Shown here piece after piece: positions 25,868 to 41,576 of a DNA stretch of 64,000 bases (position 1 is the first letter of the stretch; every line of letters begins with the position of its first letter). Under the pieces are notes generated by a model that made no database searches, was not told where the DNA came from, and was given only the letters and a program-made list of their open reading frames with translations. The stretch covers positions 558,001-622,000 of the forward strand of contig NW_026250404.1 in NCBI RefSeq assembly GCF_024521635.1. The letters run 5' to 3'. The position numbers were made by a program, and so were the translations under genes. Origin of the DNA: Tricharina praecox (taxonomy: Eukaryota).

Positions 25868-27744
25868 ATGGCGCCGTCTTTTCAGCTTTCATCGCTCATA
25901 GCTTCGCTCCCGGATTCCGAGGGCGGCGCATGGGGGCCCCCAGCTTCCACCGACTCCTCGCTGAACGAAGTGCCGTACGCACCATACTCCAAGGGCGACA
26001 AACTCGGCCGCATGGCCGACTGGACACAGGACAGTGGCAAGGACAACCGCGAGGGCGGGCGGGGAGGCCGGCAGGGCTACAACCGCAACTACAGAGGTGC
26101 GTGTGTGGAGGATGCGCGGGCAGGAGCTGTTGGGATCTCGACGAGCTGATGATGATGTTGTGGCGGGATAGATCAGCAAATCTACGGTGCAGGTACTTCG
26201 AGCTTGTTCTCGTACCAGCATGCGGAGGACGAGGCGTCGTTCTCCGTCGTTGATAATACTCGCACGTCGACCAAGCCGAGAATGGGCTTTGGCCGTGGCG
26301 GCGGTACGATCTTCCGTGGAAGGGGTGCGAGGGGTGCGGCTACTGGTGGTGGCCGTGGCGGGGCTGCTCCGGGTGGTCGTGGCGGCTTCCAGCGCGCACA
26401 GACTGGGCGTGGTGGATTTGATGCTCGCGGTGGCCGTGGTGGTGGCCGTGGAGGTCGCCGTTTCGGTTGGAAGGATTGGGATAAGCCGCAGCGTAACCGG
26501 GATGCGTCTGTCATGATCAAGTCCGAGTGGAAGATGCTTGAGGAGATCGACTTCAACAGGCTGGCGAAGCTGAACTTGGAGACCGACGATGGCGAGGATA
26601 TTGGTAGCTACGGTTTCCTCCACTACTACGATCGCGCCAACGAGAAGGCTGCCGGAAGCAAGACTGCCGAGCGGAGACTGGCTGTCCAGGATAGGCTGTT
26701 CTTCAACCCGACTGCCAGTGATGACCCCGTCATCCAGGAGCTGGCCCAAAAGGATGAAGCCACCATCTTCGCTACCGAGTCCGTTCTGTCGATGCTCATG
26801 TGTGCACCCCGCTCGGTGTACCCCTGGGACATCGTCATCGTGCGTGCGGGCAACAAGATCTTCCTCGACAAGCGTGAAGGGTCGCAGATCGACTACGTAT
26901 CCGTCAACGAGAACGCCACCGATCCGCCGTTGGATGTGTCCGAGGGCAACAAGGAGGCCATGAACGCACCGCAGGCCCTGTCGCTCGAGGCCACCTTCAT
27001 CAACCAGAACTTCGCCATCCAGACCGTGAACGAGAGCGCCGGCAAATTCGAGTTCCCGCAGCCCAACCCCTTCTACAACCCCGAGGAGGACACCGAGCCC
27101 CTCGGCAGCAGGGCCTACAAGTACAGGAGATTCGACCTGAGTCTGAATGAGGAGGAGCCCATGCACCTAATCGTCCGGACGGAGTTGGATGCTGTCGCCA
27201 AGGCCGGCGGAGGCGAGCAGTTCATGACCATCAAGGCTTTGAACGAGTACGATGACCGTGCGGCCGGTGCCGGTGCGGCCCTCAACTGGCGGCAGAAGCT
27301 GAGCTCGCAGCTCGGAGCTGTGGTCGCCACCGAGATGAAGAACAACTCTTGCAAGCTCGCCAGGTGGACAACACAGAGCATTCTGGCCAACGCGAACCAG
27401 ATGAAGATCGGGTATGCTCCTCCTCACTCGTTTTTATTCTATCCATCACATACTGATAGCATCATGATAGATTCGTGTCCCGCGCCACACCAAAGGACAA
27501 CAACCGCCACGTCATCCTCGGCGTCGTATCCTTCAAGCCTCGCGACTTCGCCTCGCAGATGAACCTGAACCTGAACAACGGCTGGGGCATCGTCCGCACC
27601 ATCGTCGACATGTGCATGCAGATGCCCGAGGGCAAGTACGTGCTCGTCAAGGACCCCAACAAGCCCGTCCTGCGACTGTACGAGGTCCCGCCCACCGCTT
27701 TCGACGAGGATGAGGAGGAGGTTGTCGCTCCCGAGCAGTCGTAA
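25868..27744 (+). CDS. Eukaryotic translation initiation factor 3 subunit D (exons 25868-26096, 26172-27411, 27471-27744)
   Basis: [21 protein letters not shown]-rich segment, [42 protein letters not shown]: eIF3d/Moe1 family. Confidence 0.96.
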
Positions 27745-28243
27745 ACAAAAAATGAGCTCTGATTTGCTTTTTACCCTGTCTTGTGCTTGTAGCTTTCGGC
27801 TTGTGTTATTTTTTCATAATTGGGCATTTGGGATTTCCGTTCAGAGAATTGCTTGGCTGGATTGTTGGGCGCGAGATTGTAGATTCCAAAAAGTGTTGCT
27901 TGGAATGGATATGACGAACAAACGCTTCCTTTGTGACTTGACTTGTAACTATGGGATATCACTCGCACCAGTAAACTTCCGGACAAACACCAACTATTTG
28001 GCTCTCGTTCCATTCAAGCTTACAATTGATGCAACAAAAGAAACACCCGCTCCATTTGTCTCGCAGTCAAGTGGTGAACCGCATTCATTTAGAGAAGTCA
28101 CTTTCCATGGACCTATCTGTACCTCATCCACGCCTGATCATACCATTGTATCGTATTCTTCATCCTCTAAGTACTTATTTCTACGCAAGCAAACCCTCCC
28201 TTCCACACTGTCCAACACTCATCGCGTCTTGACGTCTCCCGCC

Positions 28244-30029
28244 CTACTGCGGAGTCGGCGTCATGGTCGGGGTCGGCGTATCCAAATTCCTATCAAAGAA
28301 GGCGGTATTGTCACGGTACGCAATATACTCGGAGTCTATGCATCCCATCTGTCAGCCAATCTCACCTCCAAACGTTTAAACCTTAAACTCACCAGCGTAC
28401 CCCAGCAGCTCATGGATATGACTACTCCTCTGGCCCTTAATCCTCGCAATCTCAACGGAAGTATAATTAACGAGGGCTCTCCCGACCTCTGGGCCAGCAT
28501 CATATCCGAGTTCACTCTCGGCATTCCGCTTCGCAACAACGACACTGACACACTCCTGCTGCGCGAAGGAGCCGAGCACGTCAAGCACGCCGACAGGGAG
28601 CAGCCCCGCCTTGTCCGTGCGTGTCAGCGCCCGGTACGCCCCCTCGTCGATCACCAGTGTGCCGTGCGGCTTGAGCCCGTGCAGGATCCAGAAGTAGCGG
28701 TCGCGGAGCGCGCGGGGTTTCGCGACGAAGCGTGTGTGCAAAGGGCATGGTGGGTGGAGTGTCGGCGTGCCGGGCACGCTGCGCAAAGGCGGCGTAGGCA
28801 TCTGGGCCGCGGAGTAGAGCGCGGCGGAGGCGGCGACGGGGTCGGGGCCGCCCCCGCTGCTGCTGTGGTGGAGGGAGGTGAGCGTCGTGTAGCTGGAGTT
28901 CCGCGACATCACCGGGGTAGATGTCATAGACTCCCGCTTGAGCGTTTGGCAGTACGCCACTATGTGGAAGATGTTGCTGGGCGTCGAGGAGCGCGTGATG
29001 ATGGTTGTTACGCCGGCGGAGGTGGCGAGGCGCGCGGCCGTGAGCTTCGTCGACATGCCGCCGGTGCCGAGGCTGGAGCCCGCGGATGACACTGTATCGT
29101 TAGCCACCGGAAACACAGGAAATGGGTGGTATTCTCATACCATCGACTTCGAGACTCGAGATGTCCTCCACCACCTCGACCGGCTTCGCATCGGGATGTG
29201 TGCGCGGGTTGTTGGTGTACAGGCAGTCGACATCCGTCATGAGGAATAGATAGTCCGCGTTGACCATTCCTGCAGTGATGGCAGACAGCGTGTCGTTGTC
29301 TCCGAATTTGATTTCCTATATGTAGCTCTAGTCAATCACAGTATATCACTCGGAGGCGTTTTCTCACGCACAGTGACGGCGAGCGTGTCGTTCTCGTTCA
29401 CGATGGGAACGATTCCCATGTGCAGGAGTTCGTTCAGGGTATTTGCCGCATTGAGGTATTGCGTTCGCTGCATCGTGAGTTAGTCAGGACCAATAATGGG
29501 AGGCATCGTCGAGGTGACGGTGACTCACATCCGCGATGTCGTTCCTGGTCAACAGGATCTGCGCGACCGGTTGTCGTAGGTGGGAGAACAGCTCATCCCA
29601 TAGGGCAATGAGCCGGCATTGTCCAACGGCCGCAATCGCCTAAAAGATGTAACTTATAAGCCTCCCTCCCTCGCACTCGTCACCACCACCGCGGAGCGTC
29701 TACCTGCACAGCCGCCAGGTGCTTGGGGCGTTTATCCAGATCCAATCGTCTCAAGCCAATGCCGATAGCGCCGGAAGACACGAGGATGACTCTGTGGCCG
29801 TCCCTTCGGAGGCGGATACACGTCTCGGCGATGAGCGAGAGGTTCGACAGCAGAGGTTCGTGGGTCTTCTCGTCGCAGATCGACGATGTGCCTGCCGCTG
29901 TCAGCCCCTGCGCGTAGTAGCCGGGTGGGGAAGCTGACCGAGCTTGATCACGATCGTGAGAGGTCGCTTTCCTTTCAGGTCTCGCGAGGTGCGGTCGTGA
30001 AGCTTCGAGGTGGGCGTCGACGGATGCAT
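28244..30029 (-). CDS. PRO1: Glutamate 5-kinase (multi-exon)
   Basis: [55 protein letters not shown], and a C-terminal PUA domain ([20 protein letters not shown]). About 6 canonical introns; the last exon reads [13 protein letters not shown]. Confidence 0.93.
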
Positions 30030-30603
30030 GGCGGGCTATGTTGTTGGAATCTGGCTACTTTGTCCTCGGTACTTCAGCTTTTTTTCTTTCGTGCGTGCGT
30101 GCGTGATTGGAGACTCTGCAGGCGAAAGGGATCCTATCAGCCATCTATATCTACCCATTTGAAAGGCTACATCAAGAGTTCGTGAGAAGGCTGAGGCTGG
30201 CAACTTACAGGAGGAGAGAGTTCGAAGTCCGGGGCGGGATGGCGGGGGAGGGGCGGTGGGCGTGAGGAATTAAGCTAACAGCCCTATCTGATAGCTATTG
30301 GTGGCACGGGAGGGAAAATGTCTCTCTGTTTTCAACCTGCTGCTGCTTTTACGGATGGTATTCCTATGACCGCCTCACTCGCGATGAACAGCTTCCCTGT
30401 CCGCAGGTTAATTGGGCTGCGGAACAGCAGGCACGAATCTTCCTTTGATCCGCAACAGTGTCGTTACTCTAAACACGCCTCAACCGGCGTTCTAGTCACG
30501 TGCAGTACTATCGTGCCGATCACGAATCACGAAAAACATCCTCAACCGCGGCCACTCCACCCCCACCACAGCACAGCCAGCACCCCACCACAATCGCCCC
30601 ACG

Positions 30604-31481
30604 ATGGAGCAAACCACACCCATCGCACCACCACCACCGAGCGACAGCACCACCAGCACACCCCCCAAACCCACCCGCGGAGCTCCAGAATGGTGGCGCC
30701 AAATGTTCTCCCAGATGACGGGCATGGGCATGACCCCCTCCGAGCGCGCCGAGTACGAGGCCGGCCGCGCGCAGAGGCGTAAAGAGGCTCAGTGCACAAA
30801 GTGCGAGAAGAACCTCGACTACCTGATGAACTACAGTGCCTTCCCCCCCGCCCCTCCCTCCCTCCCTCCCTCCCTCCCTCCCCCGTCCCTCCCTCCCCCC
30901 CTTCCCCCAACCAGCTAACCCCCCTCTCAACTAGGCCCGATAATCCGGTTCATGCTCGAAAACATCCAATCCGCGAACGGCAAGCTAGACAAGAGCAACA
31001 TCCGGTGCCTCCCGTGCGGGAAATTCCAGTCTGGCGGGTTCGACGCGAACTACGGCATTCTGCTGTGCCAGAACCGCCTTATCGACCGCAGCCACATGGA
31101 GGATACGCTGGCGCATGAGCTGGTACATGCTTATGACCACTTGCGCTTCGATGTGGACTGGAATGATCTCAGGCATCATGCTTGCTCCGAGGTGAGTGCG
31201 GCTGCGTGGTGGGTGTGGATGGGCGTGGGGGCTAATGGTGCGGCGTGGAATAGGTCAGAGCTTCGTCGCTCAGTGGAGAGTGTCGCTGGACTAGGGAAAC
31301 CCTCGGGAGGGGCATCTGGGACCTGACCAAGCACCACCAGGACTGCGTGAGACGGCGAGCGACGCTGTCGGTACGCAACCACCCAAAATGTGAGGATGAC
31401 GAGCACGCGGCCCGGGTGGTGAACTCGGTCTTCGATTCGTGTTTTGCCGACACGAGGCCGTTCCGGGAGATCTACCGGTAG
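30604..31481 (+). CDS. ATP23: Mitochondrial inner membrane metalloprotease Atp23 (exons 30604-30835, 30935-31191, 31254-31481)
   Basis: SPIIRFML, GGFD..GILLCQN, the HELVH zinc motif, [27 protein letters not shown], and [10 protein letters not shown]. Confidence 0.95.
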
Positions 31482-31904
31482 TGGGTAGAATTGGACTCTG
31501 ATACCGATGGACGAACGGTTATGTAAATTACTGTATGATACCTCAAAGACTATGATAGACGATTAGAAAGAGCCCAGAGACCAGACGGGACTGAACTCTG
31601 TGTACTGCGGATCGTCCTGCGTTCTACATATAGACACACAATCTCTCGCTTGCTAATCAGGACACAACACAACACAATGGTTTTTGGAACTCGAAGCATA
31701 GAAAAACAAAACAAAACAAACACCAAAAAAGCCAAGCCACACAATAACCACAATAACCCAACAGCGACGATGAATAGAACAGAAAAACACAAATGGCCGT
31801 ACAACTCCGTCTCTGCATACTACAAATGTCAGATCGCAGGAGTGCTGCCCGCCGCGCGAAACCGTTAACTCCAGCCAAGCCATGCTGAGCTCAATCTCCC
31901 ACAA

Positions 31905-33304
<1,400 letters not shown>

Positions 33305-34293
33305 TGGGCGGGTATGGGTGTGTATATTTTGGGTATCGAGAGCCAACGAGGGTATGTGATCGAAGACACGACACGCGGGGAGTAGTGTTGGCGGTGACGA
33401 GGGCAACACCGGGTATAGCGGGGGGCGGGGAGGGGGGGAGGGGTGGAGGGGAGGCAAGTTGCGGTTGCGGGTGCGGTTGCGGTGGCTGGCGATCGGACGG
33501 CGACGGAGGAAGTGTTTGTTTGGAGAGGAGAAAGACCAGACTGGATGGGGTGCGTGACTTTTGAGAGGGCGGGCGTCAATAACCAACAACGCGTTGTCGG
33601 GACAACGCTGCCTCAACGCTGCCAAGCAATAACAGGGCTACCTGTCGATCCCGAAACGGGGAAGAGCCTCCGGACTTCGATGGACGATCAAACTGCTCCA
33701 CGCCTGCCGTTCTCCTTCCTCCTCACGCTGCTGCTGCTCGTTTAGAAGAGAGAAAAAAAACAAACAAGAAAAAAAGAAGAAAAAAAGCGCCACCAGTGGG
33801 GGTGAGGCGTGTTGTCTCGGCTACCGCGAATCTATTACCAGGCCGCCAACCGCATATTGCCAATTCGACAATCGGTTGCGCGCGTAAACTCGGAATTTCC
33901 CTGGTGCTGTGGTGCTGTGGCTCAGGATCATGCAATAATACTCGGTCATTAGGGCGCCAGGGAATGCGGCCAAAGACATCACGGTGGCAAAATTGGCGAT
34001 TAAACTAGAGAGAGGAGCGCGCGTATTTTACACAGCAAGCTTTACATTGAATCATATCGATACCTAACAATGGTCCGGCGGTAAGGTTGACAACAAGGTG
34101 AATTCGATGGCTGGTATTTGCCCCCTCTCCCCCTCCCTTCCCCTCCCCCCGCTAAGAGGCATGTTGACAGCGTGCAACCTCAAACAAGCCCATATCCTTT
34201 CATATGTTGATAACAATGGGAATCAAGTAGGGGTTCCCATGGTACTCGCTATCTATCGTGACCAATCGAATGCCACCTTTCCCCGCTCTCAGC

Positions 34294-36148
34294 CTAGATG
34301 AGGGGTCCGCCGATATGCATGCTCCTGTGTTTCATGTCAGCACCGGGACCGCTGTACGACGATGACGACGAAAAGCAAAATGTTGAGGACTTACGTTTTG
34401 ATGTCTTTGATCCAGCCTTTGTCGGTGTACTTGTCGACCAATATAATGGCCCTACCTCTGCGCCCCATCCTTCCAGTCCGGCCGATGCGGTGTATCAGAT
34501 CGATCGCGCTGTGCGGCTTATCGTATAGGATCACGTTCTTGACCGTTTTCGTGTCCACGCCACGGCTGGCAATGTCCGTGGTAACCAATACCTTCATCCG
34601 CTGCCGCCCCGTAAGCTCGGAATCAACGTCTGTCTTGCCCGATGTAAACATTTCCATGGTTTCGGTGTGCATGCGGTCCTTGGTGTCGCGGGCAAACTCG
34701 ATCGCGTCAATGCCCTTGGTCCGGAGGTACCTTGTGAGCTCGGTCGTCGTTTCGCGCTCGTTGACGAACACGATCACCTTCTTCATGAATCCCTCTTCCG
34801 TGTTGTCTTTGGCAATAGTGTAGAGCGTATCCGCACAGGCTAGTCTCTTGTTCCCGTGATACAACGTGCTGTCCGCGTCGACTACATGCAGTTGCACTCG
34901 GCGGGGGACCACGTGCAGGTTAGGCGTGACCAGGCGCTTCATGTCAGGGTAGAGTTCGCGCAGCCGTGTATCGAGCGAGCGGGGGATCGTGGCCGAGCAC
35001 AGGATCAGCTTCTGGAGATTCTGGCATCGGCCGATGACAGCAGTTGTGGTGGGCGAGAACGATCTATCGAACAGTGAATCTGCCTCATCGACCACGACGT
35101 GAGTGCATCTGGAGAAAAGCGCCGGGTTTGTTTCCGTCAAGCTGTTGAGTAGATGGGGTGTGCAGACGACGACATCGCATGGTCCTCCAAAGAGCCGGTT
35201 CCTGATGACGGTGGCGGAGAATTCGCGGGAGATGACCACGGTGCGGAACTTGGCCACGTGCGAGAGCGACTTCATGACCGCGCCGACCTGCGACACCAGT
35301 TCCGACGTTGGCACCAGGATGACCACCCTGGGCCTGCCATTGAGCGTTTCTTTTTCCACGGTCGGTATCTCAATGTCACTGGGCGAGGGCGGGGGCTTAG
35401 GGTTTAGCTCTTCCTCTAGGCGCGCGGCCTCCTTCTCTTCCGCCTCCTGGCGCTTGATAGCGTCGACAGCCGGAATAGCATACGCCAGCGTCTTTCCGGA
35501 GCCGGTCTCGGCGGCAATGAGATAACTTTCTGTGCCAGCCGCCTCATCAGCGTACCTCCGGCGCCGTGTCGGCCCTTTCCCCATCAAGGCTGGAATGACC
35601 AGCTTCTGCACCATCGTTGGCGCAACGGTTTCAAGATCGCCAAGTGCGCTGGTCAGAATCGCCTCCTGCGTAGCAGGCAACAACCCAAAGTCTTCGAACG
35701 AATCGACCGACTGGACCTTTTGGTGCGCCACGGTCCTGGTAACCCTTGACACGGGCGCCAGCGACTGCCGCATCTTCATGTGCTTCATCTCGCGGGGCTC
35801 CTTTGGCTTATGTTTCCTGCCATCTTTATCGATAGTGCTCCTACTGCTCCTCCTCCTGTCATCATCTTCCGCTTCCCGAGCGGGCTGCCGACTCTTGGCC
35901 AGAATGTGGGCGGGGATGTTGGCCGTCGTGCGATTCAATCCCGGCGGCGAGAAGTCGTCTCGGCCTCGGCGGCCGCCAGTTCCGCGGCCGCCGTCGCCGC
36001 CCCGGGCAACTCCCGTCGAGAGTATGAGCCGCTGCGGACGCTTCCGCTGTGCGTCGCGAGCTATGTATCGCACGAACGTGCTTGTGGTCGGACCGGTGGT
36101 GGCGGCGGACAGGCACCGCGGACATCGCGATGAGATGGCGCGCAGCAT
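34294..36148 (-). CDS. MRH4: Mitochondrial DEAD-box RNA helicase (exons 36148-34395 and a short terminal exon ending 34294)
   Basis: Arg/Ser-rich presequence MLRAISSRCPRCL. Helicase motifs AAETGSGKT, PTSEL, DEAD, SAT, SRGVD, HRIGRTGR. A terminal intron gives ..SMHIGGPLI*. Confidence 0.88.
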
Positions 36149-37253
36149 GATCTATCGCGGCTGCTGCGGGAAGACTACAATCTTTGTCACCGGTTAGCAG
36201 CCCGGCCGAGTGAGTGTGTCATGTGGAACAAAACAAGAAGCGCGAGGTGCAAACAGCATACCAAGGTGGAAGGAGAGGGTGTCGTCGGAGGGTGTCGTTG
36301 TATGACGATTGTGCGCATCGCGAAATTCATGGATTAGCTAAAGTGTAGAGCACGTCTTGTTAGTAGCTTCCTCCACATCCCATCATTTTTTTTTCTCTTT
36401 GCCTCCGGTCCTCCCGAGTCCCGCGGTGCGGCTCTCCGACACCAAACCCACTTACTCTACTGCACCCGCACCAAGCCAAAGCCAAAGCCAAAGCCATGCT
36501 CGCTCGCGCAGCGCAGCCGCCTGCATGCGCGCGATCTAGTTAACTTCTGCTGCTGCTCCATGCAAGTGTTTGTGCGTCAGCCAAGGAGTCAAGGACGGAC
36601 GAACGCCAGTCCAGTTGCATACATACGCCACCCCAAGGGCCAATCTGCCCCCATCATGGTCCCATGGTCGGTCCCCATGTGCATACATAACGATTAATTT
36701 GCGATGTTTCTATTTCCATCCACGGTCGGTCGGCCTCGCCGTTTTTCGCCGTCCGTGGTTGTGGTTGTCCGTGGTTGTCCGTGGTTTGGTTGTCGATAGC
36801 TAGAGTACACAGATCCTCCGGGATCTCCGATATCAATGCCGTAGGCAGAAGGTCACCGTCCTGCCTGTATGTATTTCCGTATGTATGCAACGCCGTAACC
36901 AGCGATCTAGAGCGAGTTCTTGGTTTGCTTTGGTTTGCATTGCTTTTCCGCCCCGCCGATTGTGGTCAAGCGCGCCCCCACCGACGAGTCCCCGACAAGA
37001 CGAGAAAGATGTTGATCCAGCTGAAACTCAGATAGCGAGGTAGGGTAGGGTGCTGAAGCGTCGTTTTACGGAGAGCAAACTTCAGCTGGGCCTGTACCAT
37101 ACAGATGTAGAGTAGCAGGCTCTAGGCACACGCGACAGGGGGATGTCAGATCGAGCTCGAAGCACCCGCCGTTACATACAGCTGGATGTGCCTATGATGT
37201 GCCTATGTAACGTAGAGTAAGGAAGAACCTCCGGCTTTACTATAAGGAAGTTC

Positions 37254-37305
37254 GTGATGCTGATGATGCTGATGATGCTGATGATGCTGATGCTGATGAT
37301 GATGC
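37254..37305. repeat. (GATGCTGAT)n-type simple repeat
   Basis: Direct inspection. Confidence 0.8.
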
Positions 37306-40300
37306 CTGAGCGCCGGCGGGGAATCCATACGACGGCACTTTGTACATACATGTATGTAGTGCTAGTACATACATGTGTAGGTCCTTACTTAGGAGTACCT
37401 TGGGTATGTAGAGTAACTCGGCCCGCCCCACAAGCCCGGTAACTAGAGTATCTAGAGTAGGAACGGTAATTCGGCACGTTTTCCGAGTACGGTAGAGCAA
37501 GTACGGTACTTGGGCTCCCTGAATCACATCATATGAACACGTATGGGTTCCGTGAAATTTGGGTTTAAATGTCAAGCACGCCAATGGGTGGTAGTAGATA
37601 GTGAGTGATTGATTGAGTGAGTAGTGGCAGGCGTCCCATGCGTTTTTTCATTCATGATGATGGCTATATGTATGTAAACAAACAGTTCGCAGTCGAGGAA
37701 GACGAAGATTGGGAACTCTGGAAATAATCCTCGCAAAGGGATGTGCACTTCCTTCCTTCCCCTCACCTCATCGCATGCAAGCCTTCTGCCTGCACCTCGT
37801 TTGCCAATGACCACTCTCTGAGTCTCCGTCTCCGTCGCACGGTGAAATGGCGAGGATGATTCCTGCAGAAATGTGCGAAATGTTGTGGATGCATAGTAGG
37901 AGGTAGGTAGGCAGGCAGGCAGGCAGGTATCCGGCATCCTACCTAGGTCCATGGCCAATCGAACACTCACTTGTGGGGAAACGCGAATTCTTCGATAACA
38001 TCATACCCAAGTACCTAGGCTAGTCCGCGGTGGAGTATAGCTAGTACTTCAGGGCAAAGGAGTAGAGCAGTTAGAGTACCTAGAGTACCGAGTTCTTTCC
38101 CACCGGGCAGCGACTTCGAACGCGGCAAAGGAAGGTGAGAAGGCCCGACCGAACCCATCCCCAGCGACTCCTTTCAAGGAGCGTAAGATGTGCATTCCGG
38201 GCAGTCCGTGGAACGCCGCTGGCACCAAGCATTGCAAGCCTTAAGCCGCGTTGCTTTCGAGGAGGAGGCCTGGCCTGGCCTGGCCTTCGTCGGCTGCAAC
38301 AATGCCGTCTGTCCGTCAAACCGTGCAATCGGACGGACGAGTGGAAGTTGGAGGCCAAAGTACCCCTTCCCTTTCTTCCTCGGGGCTATGGGGGGTCTGT
38401 CTGGTCTGGGTTCAATAGCGTTCGGTTCGCGCGTGGTGATGGTTATTCCGGTCCGGCCGGGTTTTTGGCGTCCGTGTGCTTGATGGTGCGAGTCGAGTAC
38501 ATACACCCGAGGTCGAGCACATGATCTGCATGATCCAGCACTCGTGATCCCAGAGGCCAGGCTGGACCGAATCCGTCTAGGTGTGTATCTAGGTAGGAGG
38601 TGTAACAGAACCGGCATGGATCGAACAGTTAGAGTGCATGACTGCCCTATGCCCCCTCCCCTCCCCTCCCCCTCCCCTTCCCAAAGGCTGAAGAGGCACA
38701 CCGACCGGTGCTTTTTTTGCTTTACAATTGACGCGAAACTCGCGATGCGTCCGCATGAGGCATGCACTCACTGTGCAGGCGTATGTATTACTCTAGGCAG
38801 GCTCCATACTCTACTCTACTCCAGACTCCGACTATGATATGATACGAACATGTTCCCGGCTTGCTGCGTTTGCCTGGGCCCGATTGTTGTTGTTTTGGGT
38901 TTTGTTATTGTTATAGTATTGTTGTTATTGTTATGATTGTTATGACCGACGGCGGCCTCGAGTGTCCGTCCATACTCTACTCTGCGTATCATACTAGGTA
39001 GTAGAGTATCTGATATTGGATATTACAGTATAGCAGTTGCAGGCCACACCCGGCAGACGCGTACGGACGGGGAGAAAGGCTGCAGCCGATTGGACGGGAC
39101 GACAAAGGGGAGGCGAGAGCGAGCGAAGGGAGGGAGGCGAGAGCGAGCGAAGGGAGGGAGGCGAGAACGAACGAAGGGAGACAAGAAATGGCGGGGCGGG
39201 GGCCAGGCAGAGGAGGTTTCGCGCGGCGCCGCTGACCTGGACTGTTATTGTTTTGGGATGTTTTACCTTGCGTGCGTGCAAGCAAGCAGTGCCAGTCGGA
39301 TTCCCAGCTTGCAGCAGGCTGCTGCACAGGTACCGGTATGTAAGTAGAGTACATGCTCTACCAGTATCTACATGCTCCGGTCTCCTACTCTACTGCACGA
39401 CCCCGGCGTGGCCGTCAAGGCTCTGATTCTCGGTGGTAATTGGCGACCACGATGTCGGCCCACTTCCATTTCCATGGTGTGGCACGAAACGCCGTGCTGT
39501 GCTGTGGCTGTCCGCGCATGGCGAGAACGCGAGAACGCGGGCTCGAGAGTTGAAGTGAAGTGAAGTGTTGAAATTTGGATGGTCGAGCGAGCGGCCGCCG
39601 GTCGCATGGCTACATACTCGCTTTTTTTCCCTCTTTCTTTCGACCCTTCGATATAATGTGCACCTTCCCGCCCATCCGCCCTCCCCCCCTTGCGGCGAGG
39701 GCCCGAACCGAAGTGCTTAGTTCGGAAGCTCGGTGCAAACAGAGAAGGAACACCGCGAGAGAGGAGAGGAGTCGGGAGGGTGATGGAGCCTGGAAGGAGA
39801 GGGAGTGTCTGCCTACTTGCACTTACTTACCTTCCGTCGGGTGTAGCCATGTAGTTGCTCAAGTACTTAAGGTACTCACCCAGGTCTCATGAGTACTTGC
39901 GTTCACGCTCATGGCCGATCACTCTCTTTCTCCCATGATCACCGTCAGGTTCTTCTGCTCTCCGTCTCTCTCTCCCTCCCCATCGGTCGTTGTTGTTGTT
40001 GTTGTTGATGTTGTTGATGTTCAGTCCCGATCCTGCGTGACCCCAAACACGATTCCAGCACATGCAGCCAAAGCCTCTCTGCAGTGAGGTATCTAGTTAT
40101 GTGCGTTCGATTCACATGTACCTAAGATAGATAGAGTGGAGATATCTCCCGGAGGAGGAGTTTAGCCCCATGCAGCGGGCGGACGGTGGTGGCCAATCGC
40201 AGCGGCAAATGACGATGGCGCAAGGCCCAAACAATTAATGACATCAAGAGGCCAGGGTTTGCGGCTTTCTCTCGCGCTCTCGCGCTCGACTTTTGGCCGC

Positions 40301-41576
40301 CTAAGGGCGCTGTTAGGGCAGTGATCTGCACATTTGCAGAGTTGCAGCAGTAATGCAGCAGCATTGCAGAACCACAAAGAAGCCGCCGCGACCCCCTCAT
40401 AAATGCTAGTGATGGTAAAGACAGCAAAATACACATCAGAATGGCAGAATCGGGGTCTTAAGAGTGCTTGTATAGAGGCGCAATGGTGGGACAGACAGGA
40501 CGCGGGGGGCGGAGGGGGCAGAGTTGCGTGCAAGAAGATTGTTGTGTAGAGCATATCTAGCATCGATGGAGACTACTTTCGTAAAGTAAGAGGTTACTCC
40601 GCTCTCTGCTTTCGTGTCTTTCAAGGTTGTCCCCAGCCAGCGGGACCACTTTCGGTTGCCGAGCAACGCGCGGGCATTGCTGCCGCAAGTTGTTTGTTTA
40701 CCGAGATTGACTGCCCCAGCGATCGAAGGAATCTCCAAAATGCTCTAGAGAGCATCCTCATAAAGTCATCTTTAGCTGGCAATTTTCCACTCTTTGCGAA
40801 CCTCTTCTCTCCTCCCCGAATCTTCCCTTCTCCCCAATCACCTCCACCCTCTCCCTCTCCCCCCCCACCCCCCTACCCCCCGTCGCCCTCCTCCTGCTCC
40901 TTCGACCCCCCCTCCTGCTCCTTCGACCCCCCCTCCCCCCCCCCCCCCACCCACCAAAAACCCACCCACCCTCCCATCGCGCTTCTCTTTCTCCTTGGGT
41001 TCCCTTATTGGCGTAGAAATCCCATCTCATCCCAATTCCGTCCAATACCCATCACTTCGGCTTCGCAATCCGTACATACGAACCCGCTCCATACGTGCTG
41101 CTACATACATTCGTTCGTTTCTTTCTTCGTTGTCTTGACGCCTGATATCTCTCGTCTCGAATTATCACTCTATCCGTTCCCGACGTCTTTACGCCGACAC
41201 GCCGCGCCCGTCGCTCATTTCTTAACGTCTTACGACGGAAACGTACCAAACACACACACATAGACCCACTGCCCCCATATCACTAACCCCCACAACTTCT
41301 CACTCATTTTCATAACTACTTCTCGTTCGTCTCCATAACACACCACGCGAGTGAGAACGCGGGTACGTTTCCCCCCTCGCGAAGAGAAGAACAGAAAACA
41401 AGAACAACCCTAAAAAAAAGAAGAAGAAGAAACACCAACTACAAACTGCTCGCATCGACGTGGCGGAGACAGAGAAAGAGAGAAATAGAGAGAGCGCGAT
41501 TATTCGAGTAACTTAGGCACGGAGTAGAGTGCTAGGTGGCGCCAGTGCCTGCACAATCCCACAACCCACAGACACT

